This document shows positions 36,503 to 46,474 of a stretch of 64,000 nt of DNA, piece after piece. The stretch covers positions 621,217 through 685,216 of the forward strand of contig CP062796.1 of assembly GCA_018208355.1 (NCBI GenBank), written 5' to 3'. The translations under genes were made by a program, and so were the position numbers. Every line of letters starts with the position of its first letter. The stretch's first letter is position 1. Below the pieces are notes generated by a model that saw nothing but the letters and a program-made list of their open reading frames with translations, did no database searches and had not been told where the DNA came from. This DNA comes from Candidatus Fermentithermobacillus carboniphilus (GTDB taxonomy: Bacteria > Bacillota > Sulfobacillia > Fermentithermobacillales > Fermentithermobacillaceae).

Positions 36503-39109
36503 CTAGCACTCGCTGTACCCGCACGCCAGGCATTTCAGGCACCCTTCGATGTGGACGAGATTCCAGGTTCCGCACGACGGACACAGGCTGAATCTCTTCC
36601 CAGGGAATAATGGAAGTTCGTCCTGGACAGGCCTCGTTTCCTCTCGAGGAGCATCTTCTTTCCCTTCCATGTGATTGATGTACTCGTCTATAAACTGGCC
36701 GATCGCATCAGGGACGGACCTCACCCGGTTGGGTCCGAAACCTATGCTTCTCGACCCACCTATCCCCATCAACTGGTCGGCGATTTCCCGCGGGTCGATG
36801 CCAGACCTGAGAGCTATTGAAACGAGTCTCGCGATAGCTTCAGTGAAGGCCGATACGTCGCTCCCAGCTTTACCGATCTGCGCGAAAAGTTCCACCGGAT
36901 GCCCGTCAAGAGTGTTGAGCGTGAGGAACAGCTTGCCTACCGGCGTTTGCTTGGCAGTCGTGAACCCATCCAGCGTGGTGGGCCGCTCAATGGGCCTGAT
37001 CTTGCCCCATACCCCGTTTACCCTGGCTTTATGGCCGTGCCTCGTGCCTTCCAAATCCGCGGAGCAACCCGTTTCCTGGGAGGCCGGTTCTGCCCCATCC
37101 GCCTTCTTCCCATCGGCGCCGACAGTTAGGACCTGCTCTTCCCTACTGCCGTCCCGGTACACAGTAACTCCCTTGCATCCTAACTTGTAGGCGAGGAGGA
37201 AAACCTCCCTGACGTCTTCCCTCGTAGCTTCTCTCGGGAAATTCACGGTCTTTGAGACCGCGTTGTGGGTATATTTCTGGAACGCTGCCTGCATCCTGAC
37301 GTGCCACTCAGGGGCGATCTCGTGAGCGGTCACGAACACCCGCCTCACCTTTTCGGGCACCTCGATAAGGTCGTGGAGCGTGCCCTGGGATGCGATTTTC
37401 TCCATAAGCTCCTCTGAATAGAAATCCAGCGCCCGGGCAACCTTCTCGAATCTCGGGTTCACTTCGATCAGGGATTTCTTGTCAAGGACGTGTCTTGTAA
37501 AAGCTATGCTGAACAACGGTTCAATCCCCGACGAAGCCCCGCAGATGATGCTGATGGTCCCCGTGGGAGCAATAGTCGTCGTGGTGGCGTTGCGTAGGAT
37601 AAGGCCTTTCTCTGGATAGATGCTGTCCTGGTAGTTGGGGAACGGCCCCCGCACCTCGGCCAGTTCGGACGAGGCTTTGACGGACTCGCCTTCGATGAAG
37701 GCCATGACTTTCTCGGCCAGTTCCAGCGCTTCTTCCGAGTTGTATGGCACGCCGAGATCGATGAGCATATCGGCCCAGCCCATTATACCCAGTCCGATCT
37801 TGCGGTTACCGTGGGCCATCTTGTCGATCTCCGGAAGGGGATACTTGTTGGCATCAATGAGGTTATCCAGGAAATGCACTCCGGTTCTAACAGCATCTCT
37901 AAGACCGTCCCAATCAATTAGATCTTCTGGTTTAACTTCTTCTATGCTTGCGTTTCCCCAGACAGGTTTAGTAAAGGCTCCCAAGTTCACGGAGCCGAGG
38001 CAGCAAGCCTCATATGGTAGGAGAGGTTGTTCGCCGCACGGGTTGGTGCTTTCGATTTCGCCCAGTTTCGGAGTGGGGTTGTCCCTATTGAGGCGATCAA
38101 GGAAGATGATGCCGGGCTCTCCGTTCCTCCACGCCTGGTCGACTATTTTCTCGAACACCTCACGGGCATTGAGTTTTCCCGTCACCTGACCGTTACGCGG
38201 GTTAACGAGTTCATACTCGTCTCCCGCCTCTACCGCTTTCATGAACTTCTCGGTGATCCCAACTGATATGTTGAAGTTCGTCAGCTCTTTCGTGTCCGTT
38301 TTGCAGGTTATGAATTCGAGGATATCGGGGTGGTCAACCCTGAGAATACCCATGTTGGCTCCCCGCCTTACCCCGCCCTGCTTTACGGCTTCCGTGGCGG
38401 CGTTGAAGACTTTCATGAAAGAGACCGGTCCGGAAGCGACACCGCCCGTGGTGCGCACCACGTCATTCTTAGGTCTCAATCTGCTGAAACTGAAGCCCGT
38501 ACCCCCACCGGACTGGTGGATGAGCGCTGCGTGCTTCAATGAATCGAATATGCTGACCATCGAATCGTCTACCGGCAGCACAAAACAGGCCGATAGCTGC
38601 TGAAGCTCGCGCCCGGCGTTTATCAAGGCCGGTGAATTCGGCAGGAATTTTTTCTGCATCATGAGGTCGTAAAACCTCGTTGCGGTCTCTGAAAGGAAAT
38701 CCAGGTTCGATTCGACGATCTCTTTCATTTCTTCCCACGTGACTTTCATCATGCCCTTTGATGAAAGCCTGTCAAACGCCATCTTAAGAGTAGCCCGGTC
38801 CCAATCCGTGAGCTCGAACTTCCCCGGAGGTACAGAAGAACCAGACCGATTTTCTCTCTGGGGGGCACTTTTACGGGAACCTTCGAGCGTATGGACCTTC
38901 TTCTCGCTGCCCATCCCGGGATGCCTGTAAGCCCGTGGATCGTAAAGCACGTCCATGAGAGCGATATTCTTGGCCACCCGCCAGAACATCTCCTCGGGGG
39001 TTTCGACGACTTTTCCGGACTCGTCCTTTCTCAGATACCGCTTTTCGAGGACAGCAATGGCGTTGTCGGTGAAGTTTGTCCGAGACGTGGGTGTGCTTTC
39101 AGACATCAT
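36503..39109 (-). CDS. nrdJ: Class II (B12-dependent) ribonucleotide reductase
   Basis: PNSPAL, SACFV, TNPCGEQPL, TIAPTG, RSVPD domain, C-terminal Zn ribbon. Confidence 0.95.
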   Translation of the reverse strand: MMSESTPTSRTNFTDNAIAVLEKRYLRKDESGKVVETPEEMFWRVAKNIALMDVLYDPRAYRHPGMGSEKKVHTLEGSRKSAPQRENRSGSSVPPGKFELTDWDRATLKMAFDRLSSKGMMKVTWEEMKEIVESNLDFLSETATRFYDLMMQKKFLPNSPALINAGRELQQLSACFVLPVDDSMVSIFDSLKHAALIHQSGGGTGFSFSRLRPKNDVVRTTGGVASGPVSFMKVFNAATEAVKQGGVRRGANMGILRVDHPDILEFITCKTDTKELTNFNISVGITEKFMKAVEAGDEYELVNPRNGQVTGKLNAREVFEKIVDQAWRNGEPGIIFLDRLNRDNPTPKLGEIESTNPCGEQPLLPYEACCLGSVNLGAFTKPVWGNASIEEVKPEDLIDWDGLRDAVRTGVHFLDNLIDANKYPLPEIDKMAHGNRKIGLGIMGWADMLIDLGVPYNSEEALELAEKVMAFIEGESVKASSELAEVRGPFPNYQDSIYPEKGLILRNATTTTIAPTGTISIICGASSGIEPLFSIAFTRHVLDKKSLIEVNPRFEKVARALDFYSEELMEKIASQGTLHDLIEVPEKVRRVFVTAHEIAPEWHVRMQAAFQKYTHNAVSKTVNFPREATREDVREVFLLAYKLGCKGVTVYRDGSREEQVLTVGADGKKADGAEPASQETGCSADLEGTRHGHKARVNGVWGKIRPIERPTTLDGFTTAKQTPVGKLFLTLNTLDGHPVELFAQIGKAGSDVSAFTEAIARLVSIALRSGIDPREIADQLMGIGGSRSIGFGPNRVRSVPDAIGQFIDEYINHMEGKEDAPREETRPVQDELPLFPGKRFSLCPSCGTWNLVHIEGCLKCLACGYSEC

Positions 39110-39186
39110 GTTTCCTCCTGCTCTTTTTCTCTCTGATTTGAGCCTGGCTCAAGACCCGACTTTCGGACTGTTCCGGAGCCAGCCTT

Positions 39187-39657
39187 TCATCTTACTGCGC
39201 GGCCTTTTTCGGCCAGGATCCGCTCCACTTCCTCGCGAAATCCGTCCAGGTCACGGAACTCCCGGTACACCGAAGCAAACCTCACGTAGGCTACGTCATC
39301 GATCTGCTTCAGTTTCTCCATGACTAGTTCTCCGATCTCCTTCGAGGTGACTTCGCCCTTGCCGGTTTCCCTCAACTCCCTTTCTACCTCAAAAGACGCT
39401 CTCTCGAGAATTTCGAGAGGTATAGGTCTTTTCTCGCACGCCTTGAGCATTCCCGACAAGATTTTCTGCCTGGAGAACGACTCCCTGCTGCCGTCCTTCT
39501 TCACCACCAAAAGCGGACTTTCTTCGACACGTTCGTAAGTGGTGAAACGCCTGCCGCACCTGGGACATTCCCGTCTCCTGCGGATAGCAGACATCTCGTC
39601 GGTGGCCCGCGATTCAAGGACCCGGGAGTCAAGGTAACCACAAAAAGGACATTTCAT
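39187..39657 (-). CDS. nrdR: Transcriptional repressor NrdR
   Basis: [25 protein letters not shown]. Confidence 0.97.
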   Translation of the reverse strand: MKCPFCGYLDSRVLESRATDEMSAIRRRRECPRCGRRFTTYERVEESPLLVVKKDGSRESFSRQKILSGMLKACEKRPIPLEILERASFEVERELRETGKGEVTSKEIGELVMEKLKQIDDVAYVRFASVYREFRDLDGFREEVERILAEKGRAVR

Positions 39658-39821
39658 AAAAGGTTTCCCCTTCAGAAATCAGAGTTCCGAAAGACCGCAA
39701 GACGCTCCTGGGGTGTTACCGCCCATTGTATACGGAATCTACCCCGGCGAACCCAATACCCGTACGGCGACTCCGGGCGGCCGCATACTCACCGCCCGGA
39801 AGCCATCCCGTACATTTGTTG

Positions 39822-39868
39822 GCACCATATGTAGGCCCTTCGCGTCTATTCTACGCTAGATCTGTTTT
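39822..39868. promoter_or_regulatory. Tandem NrdR boxes
   Basis: GCACCATATGTAGGCC (39822) and ACGCTAGATCTGTTTT (39853), 31 bp apart, upstream of nrdR-nrdJ. Confidence 0.65.
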
Positions 39869-40263
39869 CTCCTTGTGGATTTCTCGCGGGCTTTAGAAAT
39901 AAACTTGGCGTGGTTCACGAGATGCCTTTCGTGGGTCCCTTCTCCAACTTTGTCCACTCCGTCGTTGGCTTCAACCTTAAAAACGAGTCTTCTCCCGTCG
40001 ATTTCCGCGAGGATAGCTCGAGCGGTGACCTCGAAACCAGGAGGGGTAGGCGCAAGATGGCGGATATTGACAAGAGAGCCTACCGTGGTCTCTCCTTCTT
40101 CGAGGTATGGTTTTAAGGCATTTACCGCGGCTTCTTCCATAAGAAGGACCAGGTTCGGCGTGGAAAATACCTCTACGGCTCCGCTGCCCATTTTCGAAGC
40201 CAGCGTGTCCTCAGTGACTTTTATCCTCGCCTCTCCGGCGACACCCGGTGAAATAGGTTTCAT
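39856..40263 (-). CDS. FlK-like hotdog thioesterase
   Basis: VFSTPNLVLLMEEAA, HLAPTP, GEGTHER. Confidence 0.88.
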   Translation of the reverse strand: MKPISPGVAGEARIKVTEDTLASKMGSGAVEVFSTPNLVLLMEEAAVNALKPYLEEGETTVGSLVNIRHLAPTPPGFEVTARAILAEIDGRRLVFKVEANDGVDKVGEGTHERHLVNHAKFISKAREKSTRRKQI

Positions 40264-40402
40264 TCGCGTTAACCCGGGCAGTTGCACCCGGGCACGACAC
40301 CTCCGTGTTTTCTAATTGTTCAAAGCCGGACCAGCGGTGTTTCGCGGTAGCCGGCTCATCACGATGCCGGTACGAGATGCCGGTAACCCCATTGCAAGAC
40401 CA

Positions 40403-40795
40403 TTACCCGTTCAATACGTAATTTAGGTGCACTCTGGCGTTCACCGACTGAATCACGGGACAGAACTCTTCGGTTAATTTAAGGTACTCCTCGAGCTTGG
40501 CCGGAGCCAGCCCCTCGCACCGGATGTCATATTTCACGTAAATATCGGTGAACCTGCGGGGTCGCTCTTCTCCTCTCAAGCCCTCTACCGTCATGTCCAG
40601 CTTTGAGATCTGATATCCGTCCCTTTTGAGGAGCGCGCTAAGGGTCGCTGCGCTGCAGCCCGCGACCGCCATGAGCAAGAGGTCTGTCGCTCTCGGACCA
40701 CCACCGCCGATTTTCACCTGCGCCCCTTGATTGTCGGAACAAAGGATGCTCCCATCGTTCAAACTCGCCGTGATCTTCTGGACGTTGTCTGCCAT
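40403..40795 (-). CDS. OsmC family protein
   Basis: LLLMAVAGC...EFCPV; GGAGG RBS. Confidence 0.85.
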   Translation of the reverse strand: MADNVQKITASLNDGSILCSDNQGAQVKIGGGGPRATDLLLMAVAGCSAATLSALLKRDGYQISKLDMTVEGLRGEERPRRFTDIYVKYDIRCEGLAPAKLEEYLKLTEEFCPVIQSVNARVHLNYVLNG

Positions 40796-40979
40796 AAGAT
40801 TGCTTTGCCCTCCTCCGGTTTCCCTAGTACACTTCTCTAACATCCCATATCCCATATAGTACAGCATGTTTTCATGCTTCCTCTCTCGAAAATCATAATA
40901 CTTGCGGTATACAATTGAAAGGGTACGGGAAGTCCTTCTGCAACTAACGGTTCGTCTGGACGGTGGCTCATTGAAAAGC

Positions 40980-41696
40980 ATGGGGAAACACGATACCTAT
41001 TCAAGGTTTGTTACGTCTGAAATGCTGAGGCAGACTCTTGCTGACGAGGGTTTCATTCAGAGCCTCCCGAGGATACCTCGGGAGTTCTTCGCAAGAAACG
41101 CCCTCGATGTTGCGCCTGACCTTTTGGGGTTGATCCTCGCGCACAAGACACCTGAAGGTACAACCGCAGGTCTTATCACCGAAGTAGAGGCCTACGCGGG
41201 CCCCGAAGATAGGGCCTGCCACGCGTACGGCTGGCGGAGGACAAGGCGAAACGAAGTCATGTATGGCCCTCCGGGTTTCGCGTACGTGTATTTCACCTAC
41301 GGGATGTATTACTGCTTCAATGTAGTCGTTGCATCGGAAGGAATGCCACACGCGGTGCTCGTTCGCTCTTTAGAGCCCGTTTTTGGCATGGACCTTATGC
41401 TGAAGCGGCGGAAAGGAAGGCTACCGTTGACAGAGGGCCCCGGCAGGATGTGTCAGGCCATGGGAATAGGTAGAGAGCAGAACGGAAAAGACCTTTTGGG
41501 CGAAGAACTTTTCATCGCTCGTCCTCCGAAAGAACTCGACATCTCGTTTGAGATACTCACGACGCCGCGCATCGGCATTGACTATGCCGGTGAAGCCAGA
41601 GAATACCCGTGGCGGTTCGTAGCCCGGTTACGGGGCCCGCGAGCGCAATCCGAGAGCGCGGAAGACCCCCAGCTGCCGCCGGTAGAAGTGAATTAG
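40980..41696 (+). CDS. DNA-3-methyladenine glycosylase (MPG/AAG)
   Basis: ITEVEAY, YVYFTYGMY, GPGRMC, TPRIGI, YPWRF; start uncertain. Confidence 0.9.
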   Translation: MGKHDTYSRFVTSEMLRQTLADEGFIQSLPRIPREFFARNALDVAPDLLGLILAHKTPEGTTAGLITEVEAYAGPEDRACHAYGWRRTRRNEVMYGPPGFAYVYFTYGMYYCFNVVVASEGMPHAVLVRSLEPVFGMDLMLKRRKGRLPLTEGPGRMCQAMGIGREQNGKDLLGEELFIARPPKELDISFEILTTPRIGIDYAGEAREYPWRFVARLRGPRAQSESAEDPQLPPVEVN

Positions 41697-41699
41697 GGT

Positions 41700-44504
41700 T
41701 CAAAGCACAACTACATTGCACTCGATCCCGACCTTTCTCGCAAGCCTCTCCTCTCTTCCGTGACAAGAGAAAAGGAGGATCTGATGCCGGGATGAAAGGG
41801 CCGAAAGAATTTCCAGGACCCCTTCCAATCTCTTGTCGTCGTACTGGACAAAAGGATCGTCCAGGAAGAACGGAAATTCTGTTTTCTTGGTGATTATCTC
41901 CGCCACCGCCACTCTCAGGGCAAAATAACACTGATCTACCGTTCCGCCCGAAAGAAACCCAATGTGCGTCTGCTTCTGGGTGTCGGGGTGGATCACGCTC
42001 ATCTCGAGGTCCGGCGAGACCCTGACATCCACGTATTTCCCTCGAGTGATCGTGGACAGTATTTCTCCGACACGCCGGTTCAACGCCGGGGCAAATTCCC
42101 TCCGGATGTTCTTTGAGAGAGTTTCCAGGGTTGACGTGGCCAGCTCCAGTGCGTCTCTATCCTCGGAAAGCTCCCTTTCCATTTCCCGCTGCCTTGAAAG
42201 TTCCTCCTCTATCTCAGCGGAAGACCTGCCTTCAGCCGACCTCAAACTTATGGCGTTCTCCAGCGAGAGGATTTTGGCCTTGATATCACCTATCCTGGCT
42301 TTAAGCCGGTCCAGAGAGTCCCTCCGGGACTCGTAATCTTTTTCTGAGATAACCGCATCCCGATATCCTGAATCCAAAACACCGGCTAGAGCCTGGCCAT
42401 CGATCTCAGGAGAAATCCTCTCTATCTCGGCCTGGATATCGTCGAGATCTCTACCCGACAAAAGTGAACCCAGCCTGGCTTCGAGTTCAGAGAGCTCTCG
42501 GGATATTTCCTCGTACCTCTTGTGGGCGGATATCTTCTCAGCCAGTCCATTCTCGTCCCTCACACATGCCTCGGCAAAAAGGGCCGCCTGCCTTTGGAGA
42601 CAGGCTGATTTCTGGGAATTGAGTTTCAAGAGCAGATTTTCCATTTCTTTCATCCGCTCGTCCAGGACCCTCAGCTCGTTCTTTGCCGAGCGTAGTTCAG
42701 AGACTTTCTGCTTTAAGGATTCGACGGCTGCCTCAGTCACGGGTTCACCCGGAAGAAGACATCCTGAACCTCTCAACGCGTTGACTAGTTCTTTCTCGAC
42801 CGAAGAAAACTCCTCAGATGTCTCGAACCAGGACCTGTGCGCAAATTCGTATTTATCCCGGGCGGATTTCAGCCGTTCCTGGTACGAGAGGACTTCCCTG
42901 ACAGTTGCCCGGAGCTCCTCTACGGACCTGGCCCCCTGAACCGCCAGGAATTCAGACAGGACCTTCCGGGCGTTTTCCACCCTCTGGATCTGTTCGGACA
43001 TTTCAGATTCCTTTTGAGCGAGGATCTTTTCGTTCTCGGACCGGACCTTTGCGACTTTCCTCTGGCGGAATACGCCAGTCCCGAAAACCACCAGGGAAAT
43101 CCCGAAAACCGCAATGCTCAAGGGCATCCCCATCACTGTCAGTAGGATCGCTATTCCCAGGATCCCCAGGGCGAGACCGTAAAGCCACGAAGACGCACCG
43201 GATACGTTGACGGAAGCCACGGCTGCTCTGGCTTTCTCCACTTCAACCTGGAGTCGGTCTTTCTCCTTTTCGGCAAGGGTGATGATTTCCCTGTATTCCT
43301 CGGCCTTCTTGATGAGGTCCTCGTCTGCCTGCCTGTTGTGTAACCCTTTCGCTTTACCTTCTTCCTCAATCAGCCGGAGCTCTTTTCTCGCCTCGTTCGC
43401 CAGCCTCTCACCCCTTGAAGCGCTGGCCTTGGCCGCAAGGTAGCGAGAATGAAGGGAAGCGACCTGTGACTCGTCGAGGCCCGTGGCTTCCACCGCGGAG
43501 AGAGCCTTCAGCCTTTCAAGAACTCCTTCCCTCTTCTCGAAAATTCTTTTTATCTCTGCTTTCGTCTCGTCAATCCTCTTGTTGATGGAGTTGAGTTCGC
43601 CCGCAAGCTCGCGGAAAGTCTCCTCGCAGCCCTGAGGCAGGTCCTTGGCCCACTCAAACCCCGTGATTTCCCGGCCCAATTCAGAAATCCGTGCCCTGAG
43701 ATTTTTCGCCTGAGTAAGGACGTTCTGCAAAATGGCATATCTTACGGTTACAAGAGCCTTTTCCTCGCTTCGCGCCTTGTCCTCCAGTTTTTTTCTCTCG
43801 TCTGAAAGAGCTGAAACTTCGAGAAGCCATTCCCTCACCTGCGCTTCCCTTTCGCGGGCTTCTCCGAGCTCTTTTTCTAGCTCGCTGATCCTTTCATACA
43901 CCATGTCGAGCCGTCCTCGAGTGCTCCTGGGAGTCTTGATCTTGCTCCTCTCCACGTTCAACGCCGAAAGAGCTTTGGCCAGAGAAAGATCCTCGGATCC
44001 GCCCTGGAGGACGCTTTCAAGTTTTCCCTGGATCTCGACGGCAAGGTCGGGTTCCTGGGCGCTTCCTAACTGGCCGATCCAGATGGTATTCTTGAACTCC
44101 CTTGCCGACAGTCCCAGGTGTCTCTGGGCGAAGTCATACTCTCTTCTCGTATCTTGGGAAAAGCTCCCGGTAATGTCCTCACCAGTGGAATCATCGTAAA
44201 TCTTGACGAAATCAGGGTCGAACCACCTTTCCACCCTGTAAGTCCTTCCCTCGTCCTCGTAAACCATGACACCCCGGTACTCTTTGCCTTGCCAGGGCCT
44301 GTACCTCTCATATTCCGGGGTCCTCGATATCCTGGTCTTTCCTTCCTTCTTGAATCCATACAGCATACCGAGGATAAACGCACCCAGGGTGGATTTGCCC
44401 TTTTCGTTGTCGCCCAGCACGATATTGAGGCCATCTGTAAAATTAATTGGCCGATCCATGTGGAATTTCCCGAAGGCAACAGGCAAAAGGCTTTTGATCT
44501 TCAA
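41700..44504 (-). CDS. YhaN-like SMC/Rad50 ATPase with internal TM hairpin
   Basis: GDNEKGKST, coiled coils, LSGGT, LDDPFVQYD. Confidence 0.88.
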   Translation of the reverse strand: MKIKSLLPVAFGKFHMDRPINFTDGLNIVLGDNEKGKSTLGAFILGMLYGFKKEGKTRISRTPEYERYRPWQGKEYRGVMVYEDEGRTYRVERWFDPDFVKIYDDSTGEDITGSFSQDTRREYDFAQRHLGLSAREFKNTIWIGQLGSAQEPDLAVEIQGKLESVLQGGSEDLSLAKALSALNVERSKIKTPRSTRGRLDMVYERISELEKELGEAREREAQVREWLLEVSALSDERKKLEDKARSEEKALVTVRYAILQNVLTQAKNLRARISELGREITGFEWAKDLPQGCEETFRELAGELNSINKRIDETKAEIKRIFEKREGVLERLKALSAVEATGLDESQVASLHSRYLAAKASASRGERLANEARKELRLIEEEGKAKGLHNRQADEDLIKKAEEYREIITLAEKEKDRLQVEVEKARAAVASVNVSGASSWLYGLALGILGIAILLTVMGMPLSIAVFGISLVVFGTGVFRQRKVAKVRSENEKILAQKESEMSEQIQRVENARKVLSEFLAVQGARSVEELRATVREVLSYQERLKSARDKYEFAHRSWFETSEEFSSVEKELVNALRGSGCLLPGEPVTEAAVESLKQKVSELRSAKNELRVLDERMKEMENLLLKLNSQKSACLQRQAALFAEACVRDENGLAEKISAHKRYEEISRELSELEARLGSLLSGRDLDDIQAEIERISPEIDGQALAGVLDSGYRDAVISEKDYESRRDSLDRLKARIGDIKAKILSLENAISLRSAEGRSSAEIEEELSRQREMERELSEDRDALELATSTLETLSKNIRREFAPALNRRVGEILSTITRGKYVDVRVSPDLEMSVIHPDTQKQTHIGFLSGGTVDQCYFALRVAVAEIITKKTEFPFFLDDPFVQYDDKRLEGVLEILSALSSRHQILLFSCHGREERLARKVGIECNVVVL

Positions 44505-45775
44505 TCAGATCGACTCCTTCTCAGAAGGACTTCCCCGTGTCTTAGAGCGTCGAGGCCGTAATATATGGCTAGTTCTGCCACCCGAGCACCCTTTTCGTCT
44601 CCTGCCCGCACAGCTTGCGCTTTCATATCCAAAAGATGCCTCACGAACCTAGCTTCGAGGCTCTGGTTTCCCGGGTCTTTGAGTGCCTCCAGGTCATAGT
44701 CCGGCAGGTAATCAGGGATGAGCTTTACGAAGAAGAACTCGGGGGAAATCTCACGTTCAAGCGCCGAAAGGTCCAGCTCGAGTTCAGGGTCAATTCTGCC
44801 TTTCAGGGTCACTGCCCAGAGATCCTGAGCCCTTTCGCCTTGGGCTCCCAGAGAAAGCACCGCCTTTTTGACCTGTTCATAAGTTTCAAGGCCGGTGATA
44901 TCGACTTCCGCAACCCGCATCTTTCGCTTGGCGATAGGGATGAATTCCGCCTTGGACCTTCGGGGTGAACCTCCCCCTCCATTGGAGCTGCCTTCCACGG
45001 TGATTAGGTATACCCCTCTCTGGCCCCTGTCTCCGAAATCCAGGGGTTCGGGACATCCCGGATACACCACCCTGGTCCGTCCCACCTGAAAATCCATGGG
45101 GGCGTGAATATGCCCGAGGGCCACGTAGTCAACCTGTGTTTCTCTGAGGTCCTCCAGGAGTATTGGGAGGTATTCAGAACTTTGCCTCGGATTTTCCACC
45201 GGGGAATCCGCTTTTCCGGCCAAGACTCCATAGCCGCCTTTACTGGCAGCCTCCTCTTGTCCGGCAGAAATCTCGTTCCCCGCAAGAAGGTCTCCATGTA
45301 TGAGAAGGATACTGAACAAATCCTGACGGGGACAACGAAATCTCCGCACAACCCTTTCTCTCTCAGAAAACCCGGTCCACCCGTAGCCGTATACAGCCAC
45401 ACCCATGTCCTCAAGGACCGCCTCGCCGAATCCTGACTCGGTGAACACGGTGACGTTTTCCGGCCACCTGATGCTCCTGTACAGGGAATCTCTCAATGCG
45501 GGGTCATGGTTTCCCGGAGATATGAAGACCCGCGTTTTCGGAATAGACGCAAAAAGAAGAGCGGCTTCTTTCACCCAGGACGGACGCGTGTACAGATGCT
45601 CGAAAAGGTCACCGGCGATAAGGAGGATGTTAGCCTCTTCCTGTTTGACCAGGTCGATGATTGTGTGAAGGCTGGTCTCCACTTCCCTGCGCCGGATAGA
45701 CGCCTTTTCCTTGTCCAGTTCCCTGGATGAGGGTCTCCCGGCGTGAAGGTCGGCTGCATGCACTATTTTCAGCAT
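44501..45775 (-). CDS. YhaO/SbcD-like metallophosphoesterase nuclease
   Basis: ADLH, AGDLF, PGNHD, ALGHIH, YPGCPE. Confidence 0.9.
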   Translation of the reverse strand: MLKIVHAADLHAGRPSSRELDKEKASIRRREVETSLHTIIDLVKQEEANILLIAGDLFEHLYTRPSWVKEAALLFASIPKTRVFISPGNHDPALRDSLYRSIRWPENVTVFTESGFGEAVLEDMGVAVYGYGWTGFSERERVVRRFRCPRQDLFSILLIHGDLLAGNEISAGQEEAASKGGYGVLAGKADSPVENPRQSSEYLPILLEDLRETQVDYVALGHIHAPMDFQVGRTRVVYPGCPEPLDFGDRGQRGVYLITVEGSSNGGGGSPRRSKAEFIPIAKRKMRVAEVDITGLETYEQVKKAVLSLGAQGERAQDLWAVTLKGRIDPELELDLSALEREISPEFFFVKLIPDYLPDYDLEALKDPGNQSLEARFVRHLLDMKAQAVRAGDEKGARVAELAIYYGLDALRHGEVLLRRSRSD

Positions 45776-46015
45776 GGTTTCCCCCGGCTCTCGTGTTCTC
45801 GGTCATCTACGATCTGTAGCTATGCTGCAATTCTGGAAAGGTCACAAGGTTTTCTTGATAGATTTTAGCACAGGGAAATACATGCCTGTCATGGGAAAAC
45901 CGGTCCTCTCCCCGCCAAGAGTTAGAGATCCTCAAGAAGGCCGTAATTCGTCTAGATTTTGGATGAGGCAACTCGCGAAGGAACCCGCAAGGTTGAGGGC
46001 GTAGCTTCAAATGGT

Positions 46016-46028
46016 GTATACTATGTAT
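46016..46028. promoter_or_regulatory. Putative mazEF operator
   Basis: TATAC-TAT-GTATA inverted repeat just upstream of mazE. Confidence 0.5.
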
Positions 46029-46057
46029 AAACCGAAGAACAGAGGGAGTAGTTATCA

Positions 46058-46291
46058 ATGCAAGCGCGTGTACGTAAGTGGGGAAACAGTCTGGGAATAC
46101 GTATTCCCAGGCTACTGGCTCAGAAAGCTGGTCTCACCGAAGGCGTAGAAGTTGACTTTCAAGTGCATGATAATGCAATCATCATTAGCCCCAAACGTTA
46201 TACTCTAGAATCGCTCTTGGCCCGGGTCACACCTGAAAACTTGCATGAAGAAGTAAATACTGGACAGCCGACGGGGCGTGAAGCATGGTAG
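46058..46291 (+). CDS. mazE: MazE/AbrB-family antitoxin
   Basis: KWGNSLGIRIP...YTLESLLARVTPENLHEE...GREAW. Confidence 0.9.
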   Translation: MQARVRKWGNSLGIRIPRLLAQKAGLTEGVEVDFQVHDNAIIISPKRYTLESLLARVTPENLHEEVNTGQPTGREAW

Positions 46292-46365
46292 ACGAAGTGA
46301 AAGATTATGTTCCTGACCGCGGCGATGTTGTATGGCTTCAGTTTGAGCCACAAGCCGGTACCTGA
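46285..46365 (+). pseudogene. mazF: Truncated MazF toxin (26 aa)
   Basis: MVDEVKDYVPDRGDVVWLQFEPQAGT-stop; the rest of the gene is not recognisable. Confidence 0.85.
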
Positions 46366-46474
46366 GGTTATAATACCGCCGCTTCCACGGGCAGGGGAGA
46401 GATACCATGATATCGACCAGGGCAGTTGGAGGCGCTGACCGCCGCAAGGTCTGCCGCTGTGGGCGGATATTGGG

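Noticed and set aside
41700-45775. SMC-like ATPase plus nuclease as a novel defence system
   Set aside because: Fits the common YhaO/YhaN pair with host-like composition.
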